64,000 nucleotides of DNA from Candidatus Xenobia bacterium (GTDB lineage Bacteria > Vulcanimicrobiota > Xenobia > Xenobiales > QWHO01), in the NCBI GenBank assembly GCA_045863235.1, contig BTUM01000005.1, forward strand, positions 58,912 to 122,911. The letters run 5' to 3'. The notes beneath the pieces were generated by a model. That model was not told where the DNA came from and made no database searches. It saw only the letters and a program-made list of their open reading frames with translations. The position numbers and the translations under genes are program-made. How positions within the stretch are numbered: the stretch's first letter is position 1; each line of letters begins with the position of its first letter. Below, piece after piece: positions 54,132 to 63,947 of the stretch.

Positions 54132-55377
54132 CCAGCGAGCTTCGACGCCCCTGCCGGCTGCGCCTGGCTCGCGCTTCCAACCAGGCTTTCTGCAGGCATT
54201 GGTGCTGGGTGGGAGCCGGGAATCGGGCCAGCAGGGCCTGGAATAGCCGCAGCACCAGGGGCTGGATCAACTGCTCGGCTTCGCGTCGGTCGTCCTCGAG
54301 CAGCGTCAGGCTGCTGAGATCGAAGCGCCCCTCGGGCAGGGCCCAGGCCCCCACCACGTCCAGCGAGGGAATTTCCTCCACCGTCACGCCCCGGTGCACC
54401 AGCTGTACCCCGTCGAGCCGCCCCAGGGCCCGGCGCAGTCGGCGCAGGCGAGGCTCGAGCAGCACCGGCTCCTTGAAAGCGGGGATGGCCAGCACCGCCC
54501 CGGCTTGCTCCAGGTCCACCATCTCGGGGCGCAACCGCCGAAAGCGAACGGCAAAGTGGTCGTAGCGCTCGACCAGGGGAGGGGGAGGCTCGAAGCTGGC
54601 CTCAGGCGCGCTCAGCCTCCACGATGCGCGGGAGGGCAAGAGTCCGAGTCCCAGGCCGGGCATGATCAGCTCCACCACGTGGTGGGCCCTGGGTACCGCG
54701 TAGCGGCGGGTGTTGGGTGTGGCCCCCTCCAGCTTCCACCAGCGCCAGCCGTCCTCGCGATAGGAGATGCACTCCTTCTCGCTGCGGTCGAGCCCCTCGA
54801 AGGCGGCTGACAACGGCTGCTGCACCAGCTCGCCGTTCAGGAAGATGGGGATAGGACAGAAGCGACAATGCTCGCGCAGCTCGAAGCTCTCCCAGGTGCC
54901 GGCCACAAGCTCCAGGGCCGTCCACCAGCGCCGCTGGCGACGCATTCGCAGGCGCACGCGGTCGGGTGGCTCGGCCAGCGACTCCAGCTGGTGGCCGGAG
55001 GTCGAAATCAGAGCCCGCGGACCTTGCTCGCTGGCGATCTCCACCGGCCCCGCCGCCAGCTTCAGAGCGGCGTTCACGCCGATGGCCAGATCGCGCACTG
55101 GCGTGTCCTCAGGCTCGAGGATTTGGGGCAGCAGCCTCTTGAGCACTTCGGGAGCGGGGGCGGCTCCATCGTGCTCGAACAGCACCTGCCTCCAGCCGCA
55201 GCGGATGTCCACCCGGGTGGCCCCCGAGCCTACCGCCCACTGGACCAGCTTCAGGATGTACTGGGCCGGGCGGGAGAGCTGGTGAAGGCGCATCTTCTCC
55301 AGAGCCGAATCGAGGTCGAGGCTGAACACCCCGCTCGAGTCCAGGCGCCCGGCCTGGCGTAGCGACTCGAGGTCCAT
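54124..55377 (-). CDS. hypothetical protein, translationally coupled to the ABC sugar transporter operon
   Basis: Only the C-terminal 417 aa (from MDLESLRQAG...) of the 1016-aa ORF are protein-like. Its ATG overlaps the permease stop (ATGA at 55375-55379). Confidence 0.55.
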   Translation of the reverse strand: MDLESLRQAGRLDSSGVFSLDLDSALEKMRLHQLSRPAQYILKLVQWAVGSGATRVDIRCGWRQVLFEHDGAAPAPEVLKRLLPQILEPEDTPVRDLAIGVNAALKLAAGPVEIASEQGPRALISTSGHQLESLAEPPDRVRLRMRRQRRWWTALELVAGTWESFELREHCRFCPIPIFLNGELVQQPLSAAFEGLDRSEKECISYREDGWRWWKLEGATPNTRRYAVPRAHHVVELIMPGLGLGLLPSRASWRLSAPEASFEPPPPLVERYDHFAVRFRRLRPEMVDLEQAGAVLAIPAFKEPVLLEPRLRRLRRALGRLDGVQLVHRGVTVEEIPSLDVVGAWALPEGRFDLSSLTLLEDDRREAEQLIQPLVLRLFQALLARFPAPTQHQCLQKAWLEARARRSRQGRRSSLDG

Positions 55378-57224
55378 CACAGCCTGCTCTGGTCGATCAC
55401 GTCCACCTTGGTTGGCAGCGTGTCGCTCAAGGTCTCGCCGGCCAGCACCTTGAGAGCGCTCTCCACTCCGAGGCGCCCCATCTCGCGCGGGTACTGGGCC
55501 ACCGAGCCCGCCATGGTGCCGGCTTTGATGGCCGCTCGGGCGTCGTCGGAGGCGTCGAAGCCCACGATCAGGATATCGCCGCGCCGCATGGCCTTGCAGG
55601 CTTGCAGTGCGCCCAGTGCCATCACGTCGTTGCAGGCAAACAGACCCTGCACGTCGGGGTCGGTCTGGAGCAGGTTCTGGGTGACGTTGAAGGCCTTCTC
55701 CTGCTCGGCGTTGGCCGTTTGAGAAGCGGCCAGCACCAGCCCCGGGTGCCTGGTCAGCGCGGCCAGAAAGCCGCGCTTTCTGGCGTCCACCGTCTCGTGG
55801 CCGGCGATGCCCTCGAGCAAGACCACCCGGCCCTTTCCGCCCAGTCGCTCGGCCAGGAAGTCGCCCGCCAGCTCGCCTCCCTTGAGGTTGTCCGAGCCGA
55901 TGAAGGTGGCCACGTGGGCGCCAGCCTGCTGCAGAGACTGGGGATCGACCCGGGTATCCACGATCAGCACGGGGATGCCCGCCTGGTTGGCCTTGCGAAT
56001 GGCCGGCACGATCTCTCTGGAGCCGCAGGGGGCCAGGATCAACGCATCCACTCGCTTCTGGATCAGGTTCTCCACGATCTGCATCTGCTTCTCGACATCG
56101 GTCTCGCGCTCGGGGGCCTGTACGATCAGGCGCACACCGGCCCGGTCGGCGGCCTCCTGGGCGGCCTGCTCCATGTCCACCCAGAAGGGGTTGTTCTTGG
56201 TCTTGAGCACCATCGCGACCTGGGGCCCATCGTTGGCAGCGCCCGAGCGCCACCAGAGTGACCCGACCACCACCAGCGTCAGGCAGAGCCTCAGCGCCAG
56301 TCGGGCCCTGGGGGTGGCCAGCTGGGCCCGGGCGCGGTCGAAGAGCACGGCCAGGATGATGACCACGCCGATCACCACCTGCTGCATGTCGGCCGATACC
56401 TCGAGCAGGTTCAACCCGTTGCGCAGCACGCTCATGATGAGGGCGCCCAGCAGCGTTCCCAATACGCTTCCCTGACCTCCGGCCAGGCTCGTGCCGCCGA
56501 TCACCACCGCGGCGATGGCGTCCAGCTCGTACATCACGCCCGCGATGGGTTGGGCCGAGTTGAGCCGGGCGGTCAGCATGGCTGCCGCCAGGCCGGCCAG
56601 CAGGCCCGAGAGCACGTAGACCAGGGTCTTGACGGCGCCGGTATTGATCCCCGACAGCCAGGCCGCCTGCTCGTTGCCGCCCACGGCGTAGACCGAACGT
56701 CCGAAGACGGTGCGCTGCAGGGTGATCCAGGCCAGCAGGTAGACGACGGCCATCACGGCGAGCAGGGCGGCGCCTTCGCCCAGGGCCAGGAATCCTGGCT
56801 CGAAGCCCGACTCGGGTCGCCCGCCACTGAAGACCAGCGCCAGCCCGCGGGCGGCGCTCATCATGCCCAGCGTGGCGATGAAGGGTGGCAGCTTGCCGCG
56901 GGTGATCAAGAGCCCGTTGATGAGGCCCAGCAGGGCTCCCGCCAGGATGCCGACCAGCACGGCCGAGGGCCAGGGCACGCCGCTCTTGAGCAGCCGTCCC
57001 AGCAGCATCCCCGACAGGGCCAGCATCGAGCCCACCGAAAGGTCGATGCCTCCGGTCAGGATCACGAAGGTCATCCCGGCCGCGAGCACGGCGTTGATGG
57101 CCGACTGCAAGAGCACGTTGGTGAGGTTGTCGGGGGTCAAGAAAGCGGGCGTCATCAGGCTGAGCCAGCCGCACAGAGCCAGCAGGCCCAGGGCGGGAGC
57201 CAGCTTGCCCGCCAGGCCTCTCAC
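55377..57224 (-). CDS. ABC sugar transporter permease (RbsC-like) fused in-frame to a periplasmic sugar-binding protein (RbsB-like)
   Basis: GTG start overlapping the ATPase stop. Permease part has GGIDLSVGS and ~9 TM helices. Then RLALRLCLTLVVVGSLWW (signal-like), then a type I periplasmic-binding-protein fold (VAMVLKTKNNPFW...). No stop codon lies between the two parts. Confidence 0.7.
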   Translation of the reverse strand: MRGLAGKLAPALGLLALCGWLSLMTPAFLTPDNLTNVLLQSAINAVLAAGMTFVILTGGIDLSVGSMLALSGMLLGRLLKSGVPWPSAVLVGILAGALLGLINGLLITRGKLPPFIATLGMMSAARGLALVFSGGRPESGFEPGFLALGEGAALLAVMAVVYLLAWITLQRTVFGRSVYAVGGNEQAAWLSGINTGAVKTLVYVLSGLLAGLAAAMLTARLNSAQPIAGVMYELDAIAAVVIGGTSLAGGQGSVLGTLLGALIMSVLRNGLNLLEVSADMQQVVIGVVIILAVLFDRARAQLATPRARLALRLCLTLVVVGSLWWRSGAANDGPQVAMVLKTKNNPFWVDMEQAAQEAADRAGVRLIVQAPERETDVEKQMQIVENLIQKRVDALILAPCGSREIVPAIRKANQAGIPVLIVDTRVDPQSLQQAGAHVATFIGSDNLKGGELAGDFLAERLGGKGRVVLLEGIAGHETVDARKRGFLAALTRHPGLVLAASQTANAEQEKAFNVTQNLLQTDPDVQGLFACNDVMALGALQACKAMRRGDILIVGFDASDDARAAIKAGTMAGSVAQYPREMGRLGVESALKVLAGETLSDTLPTKVDVIDQSRL

Positions 57225-58702
57225 GCCAGGCCTTCCAGGGCGCTCTGCATGATCTTCTCGGCGCTCACCTCGGAGCGGCTGTACTCGGCCACCAGCTTGC
57301 CCTGCGAGATGACCAGCACGCGGTCGGACAGGCGCAGGAGCTCGGGCAGCTCCGACGAGATCAGCAAGACGGCGGCCTTGCGTTGCAGCTGCTCTTCGAT
57401 GACCCGGTAGAGCTCGGCCTTGGCACCCACGTCCACGCCCCGGGTGGGCTCGTCCAGGATGAGCAGGCGGGTATCCCGGGCCAGCCACTTGCCCATCACG
57501 ACCTTTTGCTGGTTGCCGCCCGAAAGGGTGCCCACCGGCTGGGCCGGGCCGGGGGTGCGGATGCGCAGCTCTTGGATGAAGCGTTTGGCGAGATCGGCCA
57601 GGCGGTGGGCCACCAGGAAGGGCCCCCGGGCCAGGGAGGTCAGGCTGGCCAGGGCCAGATTCTCACCCACTCCCAGCCCCAGCACCAGGCCCTGTGACTT
57701 GCGATCCTCGGGCACCAGCCCCACGCCCAGCGAGATCGCCTGGCGGGGGCTCGTCAGGCTCACGGAGCGCTGCCCGAGCTCGATGGCTCCGGCCTGGCAG
57801 GGGTCGGCTCCGGCGATCAGCCGGGCGATCTCGGTGCGCCCCGCGCCCACGAGCCCGGCCAGCCCCACCACCTCGCCGGCTCGGATGCAAAAGGACACGC
57901 CCCGCACGGCCGGCTCACGGGTCAGCCGCTCCACCTTGAGCACCACCTCGCCGGGGGCGGCCCTCATGGGGGGAGGGAGCTCGCCCAGCTCGCGCCCCAC
58001 CATCCGGCGCACCACCTCCTCGGGGGTGATCTCGTCCACCCGCGAGGTGCCCAGGCTGGCCCCGTCGCGCAGCACGGTGAGCCGGTCGGAGAGATGGTAG
58101 ACCTCCTCCATGCGGTGGGAGATGTAGATGATTCCCGTGCCGCGGGCCTTGAGCCGGGCGATGGCCGCGAACAGCTGGCCCGCCTCTTTGTCGGAGAGGG
58201 CTGCGGTGGGCTCGTCCATGATGAGGATCTCGGCCTGGGCGTAGAGGGCCCGGGCGATCTCCAGCATCTGTTTCTGGCCCACGTTGAGGCTGCCGGCCGG
58301 GGCCGCCAGGGGCAGCTCCTCGCCCAGGCACTCCAGGGCCTCGCGTGCCTGGCGGCGCAGCGCGGCCCGGTCCACCAGCCCGTAGCGGTGGGGGAGCACG
58401 CCCAGCAGGAGGTTCTCCTCTACGCTGAGCGACTCCACCAGGTTCAACTCCTGGTGCACGAAGCCGATGCCCAGCGAGCGGGCCTGGTGGGGAGAGCGGG
58501 GCTGGTAAGGCTGACCCCGCAGCGTCATGGTGCCCGCATCGGGTGGCAACACGCCGCCGACGATCTTCATCAGGGTCGATTTGCCCGCGCCGTTTTCGCC
58601 CATGAGCGCATGCACTTCGCCGGCGGCCAGCTCGAAGTCCACCCCCGACAGGGCTTGCACGCCCGGGAAGGACCGCTTGATGCCGCTCAGCGTCAAGAGC
58701 AT
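57221..58702 (-). CDS. ABC sugar transporter ATP-binding protein (tandem NBDs, RbsA/MglA-like)
   Basis: Start at MLLTLSGIKRSFPGVQAL. Two Walker A motifs (GENGAGKST; GLVGAGRTE), two signature motifs (LNVGQKQ; LSGGNQQK). Confidence 0.85.
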   Translation of the reverse strand: MLLTLSGIKRSFPGVQALSGVDFELAAGEVHALMGENGAGKSTLMKIVGGVLPPDAGTMTLRGQPYQPRSPHQARSLGIGFVHQELNLVESLSVEENLLLGVLPHRYGLVDRAALRRQAREALECLGEELPLAAPAGSLNVGQKQMLEIARALYAQAEILIMDEPTAALSDKEAGQLFAAIARLKARGTGIIYISHRMEEVYHLSDRLTVLRDGASLGTSRVDEITPEEVVRRMVGRELGELPPPMRAAPGEVVLKVERLTREPAVRGVSFCIRAGEVVGLAGLVGAGRTEIARLIAGADPCQAGAIELGQRSVSLTSPRQAISLGVGLVPEDRKSQGLVLGLGVGENLALASLTSLARGPFLVAHRLADLAKRFIQELRIRTPGPAQPVGTLSGGNQQKVVMGKWLARDTRLLILDEPTRGVDVGAKAELYRVIEEQLQRKAAVLLISSELPELLRLSDRVLVISQGKLVAEYSRSEVSAEKIMQSALEGLA

Positions 58703-58807
58703 GAGAGCAACGTTCCCTGCCGCACGCGCGTGGTTCCTCCCAGCGACAGGACCTGCCCGGGTTGCGCCCGAAGGCGCACGTGACAACGATTCGGGGAGGA
58801 TTTCCTG

Positions 58808-59947
58808 ATGCTGAAGGGTCTGAACTTGATGACCGCCGCCGAGCTGATCGAGGTGGCCAGAATGATTGGCGCCGATCCGGAAGGCGAGCCCGAGGAGATT
58901 CGCCAGGCGACGGTGGTCTGGCTGGCCAAGCGCGTGGGCGCTCCGGCCACCGATTCAGGGGCCGTGGAACGTGGAGCTCTGGAGAAGATTGCCCGCGAGT
59001 TCGGCATCCAGGTCCCGCCCGGGATGGACGTCAACGAGCTCGAGCGCAGCGTTCGCGTTAAGATCGCCGGCGATGCCGCCGAGTACCTCTCGCCCGCCTG
59101 GCACCTGGCCAGCGCCCTGGTGGCCATCGGTCCCAGCGACGCGGTGACTGCCAAGCTCAACCTGCTCGAGAAGATCGCCAGCCTGGCGGTGCCCTCCCAC
59201 AGAGCCCGCGAGCAGCTCGTCGAGGGCTGGCAGAGCTATTGTCAGCGCAAGACCAATGGAGAGCAACTGCTCGAAGAGCTCAAGCCCACCCTGGCCCAGC
59301 TCAAGCAAAAGCCCGAGAAGCTGGGTCAGGCCCTGACGCTGGCCCTGGTCATCAGCCTGGCCGATGGCCGATTTGCCGTGGAAGAGGAGAAGTTCTTCCG
59401 GGATGTTTGCCATCAGCTAGGGGTCTCGCCGGATGGGGCCAACGCCGTGCTCAAGAAGGTCAATAACCTGTTCTGGGGCCACCAGCTCGACGTGAGCCCC
59501 AAGAATCCCACCGAGGCCGCCGACCCCAGTCAGGAGGTCCAGGCCGCCCTCAAGGCCGCCGAACTGACCCTGACCTCGGCCGGGACGCTGGAGGGTCTGG
59601 TGCTGGAAGCGCGCGACAAAGTCATCGCGGGTGAGGAGACCACCACCGCCCTGGCGCAGCCCAAGTCGGGATGGAAGAAGCTTTTCGGGGGGTTGACGGG
59701 GGTGTCCCAGTATCTGCACACTCGCCTGCGCTCCGACGAGGACGTGCACCTGGTGCGTCTGGCTTATCTTTGCATCGTGCGCCAGCACGCCCAGGCGGTG
59801 GCCGACAAAGAGGCCGCCGAGGCCGAGGCTCGCGCCCAGGCAGCCCGCCAGGCGCAACTGGAAACCGAGGCTCGCGCTCGCGAGTTGGATGAGAGCACGG
59901 TCTCGGCCAAGGCGCCCCAGCGCCGGTCCATCAAGATGGACCCCTGA
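58808..59947 (+). CDS. TerB-like domain protein, hypothetical
   Basis: 379 aa. LTLALVISLADGRFAVEEEKFFRDVCHQLGVSPD resembles the TerB (tellurite-resistance/DjlA-N) motif. Ala/Glu-rich coiled-coil C-terminus. Confidence 0.5.
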   Translation: MLKGLNLMTAAELIEVARMIGADPEGEPEEIRQATVVWLAKRVGAPATDSGAVERGALEKIAREFGIQVPPGMDVNELERSVRVKIAGDAAEYLSPAWHLASALVAIGPSDAVTAKLNLLEKIASLAVPSHRAREQLVEGWQSYCQRKTNGEQLLEELKPTLAQLKQKPEKLGQALTLALVISLADGRFAVEEEKFFRDVCHQLGVSPDGANAVLKKVNNLFWGHQLDVSPKNPTEAADPSQEVQAALKAAELTLTSAGTLEGLVLEARDKVIAGEETTTALAQPKSGWKKLFGGLTGVSQYLHTRLRSDEDVHLVRLAYLCIVRQHAQAVADKEAAEAEARAQAARQAQLETEARARELDESTVSAKAPQRRSIKMDP

Positions 59948-59993
59948 TGCCCGGCTGCGGGAGGAATCGCTCCAGCGGTCGAATTCTCCTTCG

Positions 59994-60557
59994 ATGATCA
60001 CCCGTACGCGACGATTCTCGCGCGATGAGTACTACCGGATGGCTGAGCTCGGGATTTTCGGCTCGGATGAGCGGGTGGAGCTGATCGAAGGAGAGATCCT
60101 CCCGTTGAGCCCTCAGAACAAGCCGCATGCTGGCTCGGTGACCCGGGCCACCCGCACGCTGGTGCGCAGGTTCAGTGAGACGCACGACGTGCGGGTGCAG
60201 TTGCCGCTCGATCTGGGCGAGCACTCCCAGCCCGAGCCCGACTTTGCTCTGGTGCCTCTCGGGGCCACCGAGGCGGCGACTTTGCACCCTACCTCGGCCG
60301 ATCTGGTGCTGGAGGTGGCTCACAGCTCGCTCTCCTACGATCGGCGCGAGAAGTCCAGTCTGTATGCCCGCTATGGCATTCCCGAGCTGTGGGTGCTCGA
60401 CGTTCAGGCCCGTCGCCTCTTCGTCTATCGTCAACCGGGGGAGGATTCGGATGCTCCCTTCGGGTGGTCGTATCAGCGCCAGGAGACCCTGAGCGAAGAA
60501 GAGCAGGTGAAGCCGCTCCGGCTCGAGGGCGCGGTGACGGTGCGCGAGCTCTTGTGA
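59994..60557 (+). CDS. Uma2-family (DUF820) endonuclease, second copy
   Basis: 188 aa. FSRDEYYRMAELGIF...RVELIEGEILPLSPQNKPHA and ADLVLEVAHSS...D...K are typical Uma2. 47 bp downstream of the TerB-like gene. Confidence 0.75.
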   Translation: MITRTRRFSRDEYYRMAELGIFGSDERVELIEGEILPLSPQNKPHAGSVTRATRTLVRRFSETHDVRVQLPLDLGEHSQPEPDFALVPLGATEAATLHPTSADLVLEVAHSSLSYDRREKSSLYARYGIPELWVLDVQARRLFVYRQPGEDSDAPFGWSYQRQETLSEEEQVKPLRLEGAVTVRELL

Positions 60558-60662
60558 TTGAGTTGGTCCCCTGGCTCCGTTCGCGGGAGTCGGGCTGGTC
60601 GGCTTTTCGGTGGTGCGCCTGGCCGCGCGGCCTGCTCGACTGAGCCGACCGCGGGGAGTCCT

Positions 60663-63600
60663 TCAGCGTCCCGTCCGCTGCTCGCGGTAAGGGTAGAAGC
60701 TCCAGCTTTCCACCGGCGGGCGGTTCCCGTGCAGCTTCAGGCCGCGGCTCTGGCAACCGAGCTCGAAGGAGCGTGCCGTCCGACGGTAGTCGAACTGTCC
60801 ACCGGGGTTGATCCAGGCTTTTGGTGTGGCCTTGAGGTAGGGTCCTACGAGCGCCTCCAGAGTTTCGGGGTAGTACCCTCGCTCCAGCCGGTAGAGCTTG
60901 AGAGCGGCCACGGTGCGGGCGGCCTCCAGGCGGGTGAGCAGCAGTCGAACCTGGTCCACCGCCCGCTCGTGGTTGGGAACCAGCGTGAGGGCCAGCGGGC
61001 TCAGGCTCGAGCGAGACTGCTCAAACGACCGCGAGGAGAGCTCGCGTACCGAGGGCAGCACCTCCAGGTAGTAGTTGATCAGGCCGACCTTCTCGTAGCG
61101 CAGGTAAGCCCGGGGGAGAGGCAGCCCGAACACGCTCTCGACCTCGCCTCGCTTTTCGTCGGGCAGCTCCAGGAAGTCCATGGCGGCCACAATCTCATTC
61201 TCCATCGAAAAACCGAGGTTTTGCGGGCGGAAAGAAGACTGTTCCAGCGTCTGGAGGATCTCCCGGTATTGCTCGGCGGTCAGCTCGGTGCTGGTTTCCA
61301 GCACGAGGAGCCGCTCCAAGCCGATGGTCTCCACGGCGGTTGCGATCATCTCAGTGACCAGCAGTCCCCGACCGGTAAAGCGCTCTCCCCAGCTCAGGGC
61401 GGTCAGGTAGTGGCCCAGAGCGGCATCAGGTCGTCCCTGCATCTCCTCGCTCAAGCCCAGGACGGCCAGGCTGCGGGCGATGCCGCGCACCAGGACGAAG
61501 TTGGGGGAGCGGCTGGTGTAGTCGAGGGGCAGGTTCTCCGGAACGGGAGCAGTCACCGCGGCTTGCAGCGTGGGCAGCACGGACCGAAACTCGGTCTCGG
61601 CCTGGCGTCCCTCCGGGGAGGCCACGGCAGACTGCAATTCGCTCAGTGGCTGGTTGACGTCGAGCTCGCCGAGCTTCGTCCAGGTGCGGCGCTGCTGTGC
61701 TGGTGGATGGTTGTCGTTCAGGAGAGTGCTCATCTCGAGAACGGCCTGTCGACCCGACATACCCGACGTGGCCCGCTGGAAGGTATTCATCGGGTCGAGT
61801 CGACGCTGGGCCGCCCGGACTTCGAGCGCGCGCAACGCCGCTGGATCGCTGATCGGCACCCTTTCGGCCGACAGGACCCAGCCCGCGGGCAGGAGGAGGA
61901 AGACCGCCGACAGCGCCAGGCTGAGCCCCAGCCTGCGGGAGATCTTCCGCCGGCGGACTCCCTCGCAGCGAGGCGAGCGCACGTCGAGCAGGCCGGCGAA
62001 CACTCCCAGAGCCACGCACATGAAGAGAACGGGGGCCCAGGCCCAATCGGAATTCTGGCTCAGAACGTTGGGCCGCAGCACGTCGATGGAGGCCAGGTAG
62101 CGCCAGGTCGGGAAGAGGAGGGGCAGCGCGAGCCCGGCCACGACGCCGGCCAGGCCGCCCGCGAGGGGACTCAGAGCCGTGCCCCGGGCAAGCTCCAGGC
62201 CGCTGGCCAGGGGCAGGCGCACGATGGCGATCCAGAGCAGGCCGATCAGCAGGGAAAGGCCCATCCCCGCGACGGGATCGCTCTGATTGGTGAGCCGGGC
62301 CACGAAGAACGTCATCACGATCACGCTGGCGTAGCCCGTGAAGGCCAGGCCCCCGATCTCCAGCAAGAAGGTGGCGGCCGGGTAGACGAAGCGCTGGCGA
62401 GTCCGTTTCTCGGGCTGTTCGACGCTGGTCAACTCGCGGCGCAGAAGCGCCACGCTCCAGAGCAGCACGGCCAGGGTGACGGCCAGGCCCGAGGCCAGGG
62501 GGGCGTCGTGCTGCACCAGGTCCTCCCAGTAGGTGCTGTCCACCGCGAAGCCGTCCACCAGGGCGATGGGGTAGGTGATCAGCAGGAAGAATCCCCACAG
62601 CACCAGCCAGCCGGCCACCAGCTTGGCGGCGAGCAGGGCCAGGCGCTGCTGGGCGTCGGCCAGAGCGCGCGAGGAGGCCGACAGGGCCATTCCCACCAGG
62701 GCTCCCACCAGGGTTACCAGGATGAGCAGGACGGGGACAAACAGAGCGACCCGCTCGCCGTCGCCGGTGCTGGTGATCCAGGTGCGCCCATACCAGCCGA
62801 ACAGGGTCAGGGTGACGGCCCCCACCAGGCCCTCCAGCATCACGGTGTGCAGGGCCACTTCCAGCCAACCGCGCAGGAAGCGGGTCGGGCCCAGGTCGGT
62901 CTGCAGCAGGACTTCCCAGGTCTTGTGCTGGCGCTCGCTCAGCACCGAGCCCAGCGTGCGATAGGCGGCCCGCAGGAAGAGCAGGCACGCGAAGCACACG
63001 ACTCCCAGCCAGAAGGCCTGGTCCCAGTTGTCGGGCTGGGTCACGGCGAAGGCCGCCCACACCACCGGAAACGAGATCAGCGTCAGGCGCCAGGCAAAGA
63101 GGCCGGCCAGCCCGCCCGGCACGCTGCCGGCCGTGCGCCACATCTCGCGGGCGGTGATCGGGTTGTCGCTCCAGACCCGCAGGTAGCGGTTGCGGGTGGC
63201 TCGCAGCCGGGTCTGGTTTGCCCGGGCCACCAGATCAGGCCGCTCGAGGCCGCGGATGGCCAGCCAGCGGGCCGACAACACGGCTAGCAGGCCCAGCACT
63301 GGAATCGAGACCGGCGCCAGCACGAAGGCGGCCGTCAAGAGCAACCCCGCCCCCAGTCCCAGGATGGTCACCAGCGATGGCTTCTCCGAACGCGCCCAGA
63401 TGCGCCAGCAGAGGGCCAGGTAGGAGGCACCTAAAAACAGCACCAGGGTCAGGGGCAGCCAGGCCAGGGCCACCGGCACGACGTAGTCCATCTTCAGCCT
63501 GGCCTGGCTTTCGATCAGGAAGCTGCCTGCGATCAGCACGGGGGCCACCGGCAGGCAAGCCCGCAGGATGGGTCGCAGGCTGCTGGTGGCCAGGGCGTCC

Positions 63601-63947
63601 ACGCTGGAGGCGGGCTCGAGCGAGGTGCCCAGCACCTCCTCCAGGCAGCGGCCCTTGATCAGGCCGCCCAGCATGGCCAGCTCGTTGTTGAAGTAGTAGA
63701 CCGGCACCGCCACCATCAGGCCCAGGGCCACCACGGCCAGATAGTTGACGAGCGGCACTCCGTCTCGCATCAGGGCCAGGAACAGGGCGGGCAGGCCGAA
63801 AAGCAGGACCACCTTGACCATGTCCAGCGGCTTGAGGCCGGGGCGGCGGCGGCGCGCTCCCACCAGGGCCAGGATGGGGTGGCTCTCGGACAAGAATCCC
63901 ACCAGCTTGCGGCCCGGACCCTTCGGGTCTTTAGGGCCGGGGCCCAC
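60663..63947 (-). CDS. very large polytopic membrane protein (>=20 predicted TM helices) with ~330-aa C-terminal soluble domain
   Basis: 1094-aa ORF with continuous hydrophobic helices and Trp/Arg-flanked loops. No recognisable catalytic motif. The start could lie at an internal Met (MVKVVLLFGL). Confidence 0.55.
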   Translation of the reverse strand: MGPGPKDPKGPGRKLVGFLSESHPILALVGARRRRPGLKPLDMVKVVLLFGLPALFLALMRDGVPLVNYLAVVALGLMVAVPVYYFNNELAMLGGLIKGRCLEEVLGTSLEPASSVDALATSSLRPILRACLPVAPVLIAGSFLIESQARLKMDYVVPVALAWLPLTLVLFLGASYLALCWRIWARSEKPSLVTILGLGAGLLLTAAFVLAPVSIPVLGLLAVLSARWLAIRGLERPDLVARANQTRLRATRNRYLRVWSDNPITAREMWRTAGSVPGGLAGLFAWRLTLISFPVVWAAFAVTQPDNWDQAFWLGVVCFACLLFLRAAYRTLGSVLSERQHKTWEVLLQTDLGPTRFLRGWLEVALHTVMLEGLVGAVTLTLFGWYGRTWITSTGDGERVALFVPVLLILVTLVGALVGMALSASSRALADAQQRLALLAAKLVAGWLVLWGFFLLITYPIALVDGFAVDSTYWEDLVQHDAPLASGLAVTLAVLLWSVALLRRELTSVEQPEKRTRQRFVYPAATFLLEIGGLAFTGYASVIVMTFFVARLTNQSDPVAGMGLSLLIGLLWIAIVRLPLASGLELARGTALSPLAGGLAGVVAGLALPLLFPTWRYLASIDVLRPNVLSQNSDWAWAPVLFMCVALGVFAGLLDVRSPRCEGVRRRKISRRLGLSLALSAVFLLLPAGWVLSAERVPISDPAALRALEVRAAQRRLDPMNTFQRATSGMSGRQAVLEMSTLLNDNHPPAQQRRTWTKLGELDVNQPLSELQSAVASPEGRQAETEFRSVLPTLQAAVTAPVPENLPLDYTSRSPNFVLVRGIARSLAVLGLSEEMQGRPDAALGHYLTALSWGERFTGRGLLVTEMIATAVETIGLERLLVLETSTELTAEQYREILQTLEQSSFRPQNLGFSMENEIVAAMDFLELPDEKRGEVESVFGLPLPRAYLRYEKVGLINYYLEVLPSVRELSSRSFEQSRSSLSPLALTLVPNHERAVDQVRLLLTRLEAARTVAALKLYRLERGYYPETLEALVGPYLKATPKAWINPGGQFDYRRTARSFELGCQSRGLKLHGNRPPVESWSFYPYREQRTGR

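Noticed and set aside
54124-57174. 1016-aa ORF spanning the ABC permease region
   Set aside because: Residues 1-600 are Arg/Gly/Pro-rich antisense translation of the permease/SBP gene. Only the last 417 aa (from MDLESL..., ATG overlapping the permease stop) are protein-like.
57221-58786. Upstream extension (MSRAPSGATRAG...) of the ABC ATPase
   Set aside because: The first 28 codons are Ala/Arg/Gly-rich and overlap the divergent gene region. The conserved RbsA N-terminus begins at MLLTLSGIKRSF (58702).
60558-63287. 909-aa + strand ORF
   Set aside because: Antisense to the large membrane-protein gene. Gln/Gly/Ala/His-rich low-complexity translation.
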